This document shows positions 30,001 to 42,000 of a stretch of DNA of 64,000 bases, in pieces. A model generated the notes under the pieces. It did not search any database. It saw nothing but the letters and a program-made list of their open reading frames with translations, and was not told the DNA's origin. The translations under genes were made by a program, and so were the position numbers. Numbering within the stretch: the first letter of the stretch is position 1; each line of letters starts with the position of its first letter. The DNA is from an uncultured Planctomycetales bacterium. GTDB taxonomy: Bacteria; Omnitrophota; Gorgyraeia; Gygaellales; Profunditerraquicolaceae. The stretch is from the NCBI GenBank assembly GCA_964354585.1, contig CAYHAI010000052.1, positions 6,283 to 70,282 of the forward strand, read 5' to 3'.

Positions 30001-33000
30001 CCGTGGATTGTTTTGTAGGCACTGTTAGTGATGCCCCATCACCCAAACTTACAATATCTGAACCTTTTGATCCGAATAAACTGGTGCTTCTTACATAACC
30101 ATGGGAAATAAGAACGACCGTATTCGAACCTTCTGTTAACATTCTACTCAGCTCTGCTTCGGGGTTAGCCTTTGTATCACATAAAGGAGTACGAACGCCG
30201 TCCTTTACAAGAAAATACTCTCCTTTAGGATTAATAACGACCACTCTAAAGTTGGATTCCCCAGCTGCTTTGTCAACAGATTGCGTTACTTTGTCAAAAG
30301 GAGCTTCCCTAGCAACAATAGGAATTACTCTGTTATGACTTTCGCTAGCCGCCTCTTTTACTAATTGGGCTGCTCTTTCAGGAACAGAGCCAGAAACTGA
30401 GGTAACGTTATCTTTGCCTAACGTAATATCCGGAATCTCGCCTACAGCGTCGGCTCCGATTACGCGGCTTTCTCTTAAGGCTTCCGCTTTCGTTATTGTT
30501 CCGGAAGTTAAAGTGAGACTCTTAAGCCCTGCATCAAAGAGGGCATTCACGGTTTGTTCATTTATAACTCTTTTTGCTTCTGATTGTGATTCTATTTCAT
30601 CTGCTCTTGCTGCTCTAACATCTAAGCGACTTAATTCAACCGCTTTTTCTTTCCCAACAAGAGCATAAGCAATAGCTTTTAATGGATCGTGCGGTCTTAC
30701 TCTATGGGCAATTCCAGTTTCTAAATCAAGCGGGATTCCTTGACCATTAGAATCTATGTAATAATTCACGCCGTCGATTTCTACACGCACTTCTCCATTG
30801 GCTAATAAAGCCTGGATTCTACCTCTTCCTTCACGAGTTGAAAGTTGTTCTTCTAAGCTTTTACCTCCCAATTCAGTTAAGATTTGCTTGGTTAAATCCT
30901 GGTTAAAATGCGTAACCTTTACTCCCTGTCCGTCAATTATTCTCTCCGTTTCAATATTCATTGACCCTAAAGATGTCGCCGTGGGAGAACCCAGGGTTTT
31001 GCTTAATTGAACGTTTGCATCCTGGCCTATTTTGTAATCTTTTGAATCTATTGTCTTATGAGCTTGCTCTCCAACTAACAAGCCGGGATTTTTCTCTAAT
31101 TCAGGATTCCAACCTCGACGGTCTTCTGCAAGAATTTTTAAAGCATCTCTATTTGTGGCGGTCAATAAATCTAAATCTTCTATAGGCACAATACCAAAAC
31201 GGGCGTCTTTTGAAGCCTCAATAGATCCGGGCATTTGAGTAGAAGCGATTTTAACATCCTTAGGGTCAATCCCCAACTTTACAAGGTTATCGTAGGTACT
31301 CTCAGCCTGTCTGTCAGATCTAATAGGGATAAGGATACGTCCACTTTCTCCCTCTGCCTGTAAAAGTCTGCTATATAACTCCAATAATATTGAGTCTTTT
31401 CCTGACCCCAAGCCGGCTAATAATAATCTGATATCGCTTTCTGGCCGTCTACTCGGATGCTCCTTAACAAGTTGCTCTACTCTAATTATTGCATCAATTT
31501 GGCCTTCATTAATTGCTCTGGTAATTCCTATATTATTTAAAATATTGGCCGCTCTATCGCCAATCCGTCCTCTTAATTCAATACCGCTCTCCAGCCCGAA
31601 TTTACCCTCGGCAAATATCGGTGGACCTTCTCTTACAATCAGCACTGTGCCGGCGGGTTGGGCGATGCGTCTGAGTTCCGCAATTACTCCCTGACCAAAA
31701 GTATCATTAGTCCCTAGAACTTGCGCCACCTGGCTTAACACATCTACATCTGCAGTGGCTAACTCACCCAACTTCAAACCCATAATTTCTTTCACTGCTT
31801 TATCTTGGCCATTTTCTACGATACGGTTTGCGGCAATAACCTCCGCAATGCGCGCGACTTTCCCTTGCCCATCTATGCCGCCTAATATATCACGTTTATT
31901 GAAGCCCGCTGCTGCTAACCGTGCGTCATAATAAGCTATATTTCCTATCTTTATTGTCGGAGCATTTATTTTGGCTTCTAATCCATTTATAGAAACCGCA
32001 ATCGGATTTCCCGCGGCTAATTGTTTCGCCTGTTCTTTTGCGCCTGGTATATTCGAATTATAAACTGTCAATCTGTCAATCTGTGCTACAGGAAACAAAA
32101 GACCGTTTTTAGTTTTTAGATTCGGGACGCTGATAGGAGCAATTTCTTTACCGCGGATATAATTCCATAAACCTTTAATGCCCTGGTCTCTATATACTAA
32201 CCTTGATGCCTGAATAAAAGGCACTCTGCCTAAAGCTGTTTTATCAAGGGCTAAATAAGAAACATAAGCAGGAAGGCGGACTAAAGCCGCGAGGCCAATC
32301 TCATCAAGACCTATACTTACGGTTCCTGAGTTGTCTATTACTGCCTCCGTACCATCAATTAACTGGCGGTCGGCTACAAAAGTCTTGCGTCTGCGATAAG
32401 CCAGACCACTAAGCAGTTCTTCCAAATATGTGCCGGGGAAAGTAGGTGAGGTATTAGATAAAGGAATTGATGTATTCGCGGTTTGCTTGCCTTGCTGGGC
32501 GAGTTGGAGTTTCTGATTGGCTTGGGACATCTGTTTATAGATACCTTTGCCAGAGGTTAAGGCATCTTGGGCAAATTCGCTGGCGACATCTAAGATTTCC
32601 GTAGCCTGTTGTTTAGCAAGTGCTTGGGTTTGGAGTTTCTGATCAGCGGCTTGGAAGGTCTGATAAGTGGTTTTGGCTTCATTGAATAAGTTCTTACTAA
32701 AATCAGCTGCTAGGTTAGTTATTTCAGTGGCTTGTTGTTTAGCCTGTAATCTCTCGTTACCAAATTTCATTGTATCATAGAGGCCAGTTAGATCAGATTT
32801 AACCTTTCCTAAGGCATCTTGGCCTAATTGAGTAAATTGAGCAACGGTTTGCTTGCCTTCTTGAGTGAGTTGGAGTTTCTGATTGGCCTGTTCTATACCT
32901 TGATAAATGGTCCTGCCATAATCTAAAGCGCCTCTACCCAGTTGGGCTACATAATTAATGGTCTCTTTTGCCTGTTGGATTCTCTCGATATCCATTACCC

Positions 33001-36000
33001 GGATTTCTTCGGCAGCTAAGAGAGTTTTGCCAAGGGAATTTTCGGAGAGAACTCGGCTATTGTCTAAAGCAATCTGGCTAATACGTTCGTTCTCTTTGTC
33101 TAAGAGTTCCTTTCCAGATATCTCTTCGCTGGTTAATCTTTGCTGGTTGAGTTCAGCTTGGAGAGCACGATTTTCTTCAACTGTATAGAGGGTCTTGCCA
33201 AAATCAGCTTCGGATATCTCACGGGCTTGATTTAAGGCAACCTGCTGCTGGTAATTTTGCTGGGCAGTCTGCATCGTATCATAAAGACCGCTTAAATTAG
33301 ATTTAATCTCTTTAAAGGTATCTCTACTTAATTGGGCAATTTGCTGGAGGTTTTGTTTGCCTTCTTGAACTATGGCGTTAACTCGGATATCCTCTTGCTG
33401 GTTCATAGCGATGCCAAAATCTTGCTCACCTTGCATTCTCTCAATACCTAGTGTGCGGATTTCCTCTTGGGCTAAGAGAGTTTTGCCTGCGTCGGTTTCA
33501 GATATTTGGCGGTCGCGATTAAAACCAAGTTGGATTTGGTAATCTTTATTGGCGGTTTGGAATGTATTATAAAGACTGGTTAAGTCAGATTTAATATTTC
33601 CTAAGGTATTTTGACCAAGCTGAGCAAATTGAGTAAGGGTTTGCTTACCTTGCTGGGCGAGTTGGATTTTCTGATGAGCTTGATACACATCTCCATAGAT
33701 TCCCCTACCGGATTCAACTACGCCTTTAGCAAATTCACCTGCCACATTTAAAATCTCGGTTGCTTGTTCTTTGGCTTGGAGTCTCTGGTTGGCCTGCTCC
33801 ATACCTTGATAAATAGCTCTGCCATAATCTAAGGCGCCTTTACCTAATTGGCCAAGAGAGCCAATGGTACTGGTGAATTCTTGTTTGGCTTGCCCAGCGG
33901 CTTTAGTTAAATCTGGCTGAGCAGTGGCTAGAGGAGTTTCCACAAAAGGAGTAGGTAGTGCTTTAGTAACTGCTGGAGATTGAGCAAGAGGAGCAGTTAA
34001 GTTAGAAGTAGGTGCAAAATTCTCTAACCACTCAGAGCTAAGTTCTTGATAAGGAATAAGACTAGAAGCATTTACTGATTGCTGTGTTTGGACTGACGGC
34101 GATACAACTGAAGAGGCAGTAGCTTGTGGCACAGTAACGCTCGGTTGGGTAACGGACTGAGCTGCTATTTGCACCTCCGGCTGCCAGTTACCGGTTTCTC
34201 TTGTGGGCATGTTAGTCACTAAATCTCCACCTAAAAATGCCTCAAGTGCCTTTGCGGTTATTTTTAATTGTTTAGTATCATCCTGCCTATTACTGACCAG
34301 GGAGCCATCCGAGTATTCTTTGGGGATACCTATTAAATTAGTAGCTATCCAATCGCTGCTGGTATATCCCCACGTCTGAGCTTTGTTGGTAACTCCAGGA
34401 ATAGGTAAAACAGGTGTTGGTGCATCAGAAACCACATTTTGTTTCGGTGTAGATGTTGTAGTATTAGGAACTGGGGTGCGCGCGGAAACGTCCTTGGGAG
34501 CCTGCGTTAGTTTATTTAGTTCTGATTGCACTGCAGATTCAACCGGCGACAATCCTCCTTGCCCTGCTCCTTTACCAACCCAAACAGCTGCTGGCGGCGT
34601 CAAATCTTTTCCTGTGGCGCGAACCTCACGTGCCTCACGCGCCAAACTGACAAGAAGCGCGGTTGAAAGAATAATTACTTTTGCAGAGCCTGTAAACTTA
34701 CTCCAAATTCTACTCCCAAGAGACGGTTTAGAAGAAGGCGGCGTAGATTTTTGTGGCGTGGATGAAAGAGGAACGCGTGAAGAAGCAACGTCGCTCAGTT
34801 GTATCTTAAAATCAGTTTCTGCCGCTTTAGAAGTAACGGCAGCACGCTGCGCTTCTATCGCCTCCATCGATTTATCAACCTGTGCTGTAATCAATGGATT
34901 GATCTCCTGAGCTGTTACTCCTTTCCGTAACGGCAGTACTGGACGGACTGTATTAGGCTGATCTCCTCTTTCCCATAACCGGCCTGCGGGATCTGTATAT
35001 CTACCTTCTGCGCCTGTAGGCGTAAGAGGTATTATCTCGCCATTAATATCGATCTGAATCTGAGATTTGGTAGCAGGGAACCATGCAGGGTGATTATTTA
35101 TAAACTTTTCTCTAATGCTTTGTATAGGAATTGTTTTTACTACAAAATTACCGTACGCCTTTTTAGCCGATAGAGATACAGAATCACCATTAATAAGTGC
35201 CTTGCTCCCTCTTGCTAGCGAAAATACGACATTAAGGATTGCATTTGGGAGCAGCAAAACTGTACTTGTAACACTAGAATAAGCCCTGACTGCGCCGCTG
35301 TCAAAAGCTCTTGTAGCTGTAGTCCGCTCAAAGCCCGCTCCTTTCCTCAACCCACCCATTAACCAAAGGTTGGTCAGAAAATAACCCAAGCCCTGGACCG
35401 GCTTATCACCTCTTGCACTTCCGGTAATATTATTCCTGCTGTTACCCGGGTCAACATATTGAGCGAATCTTTCGCCTAACCACTGTTTAGCAACATCAGA
35501 AGCCGCTCCTTGATAAAAATGATCTTTGGCGTAAGAAGGGGCTACGGGACTGACTAAACCGTATAGTAACGCCTCTCCCAAGGAAACATAATAACTGGCT
35601 ACTCCCCAGGCAGACTCTACAGAACCTTGCACTACACCATCCCGGGACATCTTGTATGCCGCATCATAAGGAAAAGAAGCAAAACCCGTTGTTGTCTGTA
35701 AAATATTTGCCGGTACCCCCAGGAAAGGCCTCTGTCCCATATTTTGTAAAATAGCAGAGCTTTGCGTCTCAAGTCCGGGGATTACGCGGCTTGCTTTAGC
35801 CATCCCTTTCTCATCGCCAATGAGATAGGAAAAGATATAAGTAAACTTGGCACCCATTGCCCTAAGATTATCTCCTAAAGCCATCAGCGGATTACTGGAA
35901 TTTACCGGCGCCAATACTCCCTGGCCGATATAATCGTAGTTCTCCACATCTCCTTCTGTCATCGCATCATAAAGGTGCTTGCCTGCATATCCGCCATACA

Positions 36001-39000
36001 ATCCGTAACGCGGAACTACTTCTGTAGTAACCAAACGGCCGATTGACCAAAGATTTGCTAAAAAGTATGCCTTATAAGATTTATCAAGCGCATTTGCCGC
36101 AAGCAGACCATCTTTACCTAATTTTGCTCCCGCACCAACCGCTTCAAGCCCCTTACCTGCTGCGGCGGCTGGCCTTAAAAGTTTTATGGCTGAACTTCCT
36201 ATTGCTACTATGCCTACTGCATCCCAAAAAGATGCTGAGGCCATATCGCCATCTGTCCATGAAGCTGCGGCTTCTAAATTCTTAACGGTGCCGAGGACAG
36301 GAATGAGAGATAGACAAAACTGACGGCCGCCATACATGAAGTTATCAAATCCCGAAGTATCTTTTCTTATATCAGATAAATCTCTCTGTAAATCTAACCA
36401 ATTATATTCGCCGCTGGTTAATCTATTACCCACATCTTCTCTGGCCTGAGCATTAAGAATAAGATTGTGTACCCCCAAACGCTCAAGCAGCACGCGGTCT
36501 GCAAAACCACTACCCTTACCTGCACGGGTAAAACTTCTCGCTATCCAGTCAGAATTATTGTCGGAACGTAAAGTTGTAGCGTCTTTTAACCAAGGACTAT
36601 CCCCTGCCCCTTTCATTTTTTCTTCCCAAGCCTGAAGAGTCAGTTTTCCTGAAGAGCCGCGTTTCAGATGCACAAAAAATGCCGTATCAGAATTAAGTCC
36701 GGTTACAGGGCAAGAGATTGATTCTATTTCGGTTTCTATGGTGGATTTTTTAACGGCATTCTTTAAGTTCAGCACAAGAAGATCGGCGAAACTCTTTGCC
36801 TTAAGCTGTTGGGCTATAGGATCAGCATTAGGGTCAGGTAATAAGATTGTTCTTTCCTGTTCGCTAGTCTTCATACTTCCCACTTCTTTGCCTTCATAAA
36901 ATAAGCCCCATTCTTTCTCTTTACGTCCCCCTGTCCTTTCTCTTATTTCAATACCATTTCCTTGCAACCATTGCCTTACATCCCAATAGCCAGAACCAGT
37001 CAACCCCGATGAATCAAAAGGTGTATTTTCTGTCACTTTTAACCAAATTGGCAGATTTTTTCTACCTACTTCAACCAACTTCAATCTCCCATCCGCCAGG
37101 GTTTCATAAATATTGCCTATACGCTCATCCTTAAATTTAACACCAGGTAGAATTTGTTGCTGACCCAGGTCATCTATTTTAACTGAATATTCTTCTACTG
37201 GTTTTAAAACAGTGCCGTCTTGTAATTTTAAATCTTGCTTACTAATACCATTTATTCCCTCGCCGTCAAGAGAAACCATTCCCAGGGGAGCGGCGTGATC
37301 AAATCTCACAGAGCTATCATAGACCTTAAAGTCTTTAGCAAAGCTTACGGCGAGATTTCTATCTGCGGGTACACTATGTATCGCATTATCAACATAAAGG
37401 GCCTGGTTACCAAAACCAATGAAGTTGCCTTGTTTATCCAGATTTAATTCAGATAGGAGCTTGCCGCTGGACTGAGTAATGCCTTCGCCTGCAGCAGTGC
37501 TTATGACATCTACGCCGCCGGGCTTAACCTCTAAGAATGAAGATATGTGTTCTCCCGGGGTTAATTCCCCATCACCACCAAATTGCCTCTGGGATAGAAT
37601 CTCACCCTTGGCCATTAAAGCAGGCACAAACTGTTGAGATTCTAATTGGCGCCCTATAATCTTATTATCTGGGCCAACAATGAGTTTTTCCTGACCCAGC
37701 CATAACTCACCGAATCCTAATATCTGGGCTTCTCGAGGTAAAACTACTACCGCGTCTGTTGTTTTCCAGGTCTTGATGGTTCCGGTCACCTGGCTGCCCA
37801 GCAAATCAGTTACCCATTCCTGCTCGGTTTTTCCCGCAGGAATTGTGCCATCGGTGGTAAGATGCAGCTTGATATTCTCCAGAGAGGCTTCGCCGCGCAA
37901 AGGACCGCTGGTATCTTTTATTTGGTTGGTTTTTTCATCAAATGTTCTATCCAAAGGAATCTTTAAATTACCTACAGTCCTTACTGCCTCAGCAGGGCCT
38001 TCGGTTCTGAAGCCCATGGGTTGGGTATGGTTAAAGATAAATGTGCCGCCGCCAAATCTAATCTCTTTAGCAAAGCTGACTAACTGAGTATCATTCAAGT
38101 TTGCAGCAATATTTTTATCATAACTGGCAGCAGTAAATTGAGATTTACCTTCGACTTTGTGTCTGGCATTGTCGGCAGTGATTAGAGAATTATCCAATCC
38201 GCTGATTTTAATATTGTTTCCTACTGTCTCAATATTTATCGGCAATGGCACTTCACCAGTAGACTTAATAATAATTCCATCTCCAAACAATGCAGAAGAT
38301 TTTAAATCAACTGCGCCTTTATCTACTGCTATAGGAGTGCCACTACTCTGCGGGTTATCTAATAAATTAGCTGGATGTATCCACCAGGTTTCGGGAAAGA
38401 TTAATGCCAATTGCTGAGAGGTTCTATCTTCTTCCGGTTTAGAAGCAGACATCCACCCCCACATTGTCTCGGGAAAGATTATTCCTAATAGCGGATCGGT
38501 TTTGTCTTGTTGTGTAACAGTATATAATTTTGTGCCTGAAGAACGTGATGTGCTGGCTTGAGTTTTATCATTATGCCTGGCGAATAAATCCTGGCTGGCT
38601 TCAACCTCTAAACCAGTATCCCACTTTTTGAAATTTAATCCTTCTGCTTGAGCAGCTAAAACACTATTTAATTTATTGATTGTGTAATCCCGCTTTAAAT
38701 AATTATCATCAACCCCCATTGCTTCCTGGGTAATCTTAAGCGGTTCTTCTATCAAGCCTCTTCTGATTTGTGTTTCATTTGTGGTTCCGTCAAAGTTCTG
38801 AATGGTAGCGCCTGTTTCTTTATCTGTCAAAATTCTCGAGACAAGGTTACCGCTTGTTATTTTTGATTTACTGATTGTTGTATCCGCACCAACTAATAAC
38901 GTTGTGCCAGCTACCCCAGCCAAAGATGAAGCCGTAATTTTTCCTGCCTCATCTGTGGCAAGCTGGATTGGTAATTGTGTCCCTTGGGTTAATTTTACTA

Positions 39001-42000
39001 AACCGGGCTGCAAAAATTCTTTATCCGCTGCTGCCACTAATTTATAAGTATCGTCTTTAAACCTAACGGATTTCTGTTGATTTTCATTCTTTAGAGTCTC
39101 GGAGATTGTTGATGGAATATAAGCCTTCTCTAATGGCGCGGCTTGATGAATAATGCCTTGCTTATCATCTCTGACACTGGCCACCACTCCCCATTGTTCG
39201 CCTTGAGACCACAAATCGTCTATGGGTGCAGTATGCCTATAACTTATTAAACCACTATCTAATTTACTTCGCTGGGCATCAACCAAGGAATTAAATATTT
39301 CGTATCCCTTTGCTGGCGGTTGAGTTTTTGTAAGAATCTCTAATCCTTTCTCCGGACTATAGCGTCGCCCCAAAGAAAAGGTAACATCCGCCACGCCATT
39401 CTGCACATGAGTAACTGGAGCAATAACTGTTTGCAATCTTGTATCCCGGATATGGAAAGGCAACGTTCCATCATTATTTTTAAGATAAATCCAGTCTTCT
39501 CTACTTTCTAAATTAAATCCGCCGCCTCTTATCTCTACCCCGGGCAAATTGCGCACTATGTTGGTACCAATTGTCACATCATCCACCGCGCCCCAATACC
39601 GGGTGCCTTCGCCTAAAACGTTTTCGCCTAAAAATCTTCCTTCTGAAACAGCAAAATGAAGACCGAGAACGCCTTCTGTCTGGGTAACGGTTCCGCCTGG
39701 TTTTACTCCGCTAATCGTGGGAGTGGTAACCTGATATCCATTATTATTCTGCTCTATCCATACTTTACTTCCAGTATTATAAAGGTAGGCAAAAGGATCA
39801 ACTAAGCCTGGATTGGATCCGTGATTTAGCGGTAAAGGATCTTGAACAAAACTAATACTTTGACCATCGGGTAATCTAACTCCTATATTATCGCCAGCAG
39901 CAACGAATTGTGTACCTTTCATCCTTAAACCACCTAATTCGACATAACTTTTTTCGGCATTAAAGCTAGGAGAATTTAATATATCGCTTTCGCGTATTAA
40001 GCGCAGACCATTGGGCAAGGGATCGGTTAAGGAGAAATGCGTCCAGGTATCCTTGGTGTGCGGCTGTAAATGAACTTCGCCTCTTTTCTCGCTTATCTGA
40101 ATGGAATAATCTACGCTACCCTTAATGCTCGCGCCAGATCCTGTCATTCCCTCGGCGTTAAAAAACATTGCTTTGGTTAAACCGGTAGTCGAATCTGGAC
40201 TCGTAATAAAAACTCCTGTGCCTTTATCCAATTTCACAGCACGGTTATACGGAGTAGTCGCACTTTCCTCTTTTGCCAAGAGCATCGAACCAGGAGCCAA
40301 GGAAAGATGCGCATCAGGACTGATATAGCTACCCATTTTTGTCGTATCTTCGAATAAATGACCCGTATAAGTAATTTGACCGCTACCTATTAACCTGTTA
40401 TCAGTAATGATCTGTGCGGCTCTGAGCGTATCATAACTTTTACCTTCATTATTTTTAATTGCCGTTACAGTCCGTGTCTCAGGGATAAAATCAAACATGT
40501 CTTTGGAGGAAGGCGTTTGTTCAATTTGTTGACTGCCATTTTTATTTTCTATTAGCAAGTTGCTTAAGTTGCTTTCAAAATTTTGACCTTGGGTTTGAAC
40601 TACCGCAAAAGCAAAAGGCGTAGGCTTAATATGGTCGGGCAATAATTTAGAGGTGAGTTCTTGTTTAGCTCCTTGAACCAGCTCAAAAGCAACTGCCCTA
40701 GTTAAAAGTCGGGGAGTAAGATTATCTAAGCCGATGTACACCGTACCTGTGCCTTTAGCTGTATCAACCACAGATTGTTTACCTGTTGAGCTAACTACCT
40801 TAGCGGCTATATCCGCCTCTAGCAATCTGATATAAAATCCAGCTACATCTGAATTTGCCGCACCAATAGTAGTGGGTTCGCCGTTAGTATAACCTATCCA
40901 AAATTTGCCATTAATCTGGGCTTGCTTTAAGACATTCTGTTGAGAGTAATCCAAAATTGCGTGCTCTTTTCTAATAAAGGTGGGGCCTTCAAAATTATCC
41001 CTTCTCAGGGTAAAACTTGAATCACTGTTCCAGGCTACCTTATCATAGAAGCCGTAAGTGTCTCTACTGCCGCCGGGATTACTAAATAAATACGCCTTGT
41101 TTCCGGGAAGAAGCGCAACTTCTTTTCCTTTTGAGAAATCAGGCGTTTGCCCCTGTATTTTGGTGATGTCAAAAGTTTGCCTGATGCTCCATAATCCGTT
41201 GTTTGTATCCTCATTTAGGTTGACGCTTATAGTAACGCCGTCTCTGGTAGTCCCCTCTCTTCCCCAGGCAACCCAAGCTCCGTTTAATTTTTCTTGAGCC
41301 AAAGGTAACTTATGCGCACGAAATGCTAAGATTCTTAACTCATCTGCATCTTCTGGAGAAACCTTGTCTTTAAAGAATTCGTAAACATAACCACCGTGCC
41401 TGGTATTCGCATCTCCTACCACGGCTATTCCGGCATTATAGAGGGCATTTGTATCATACGGAAAAATATTGCCACTGTGCAAATCTACCATTGAGCTATT
41501 GCGTAGTGCTTCTTGTGTTAAGTAACTCTTCGCCAAAGGAAGGGCATTTTTTGTAACTTCTCCTAATGTTAGTTTTTCCCATCCTGATTCTTTTAAAAAT
41601 TTATCTCCTGCGGCCTGAGTTTCAGCATCAAATTCTCCTTTTACTCCAACCCATACTTCAGGCATGGAAGTATCGCTAGAATAATTTGTCTCCGCTATTT
41701 TACTTATAATTTTCAGGGCTTGAGGGTTAATCTGGTTTGCGGTTGATGTTATATCCACCCATTCCCCTGCTGCCTTTGCTGCATTTACCGCGCTACCAAT
41801 TTTATTGCTAGAATCCCAATTATTTTTTAACCAATTGGAAGCAGATTGAATAGGATTAGAATCCCAAACATATGGTTGTTTGGATCCATTTATATTCTTA
41901 ACAACATCCTTGAATTCTCCTTGGAAATGATTTTCTGCATCATATTTACCCAAAGCATAATAGTTAACTTGGGTATTGGGTGCTGGAGGATTACTTACTA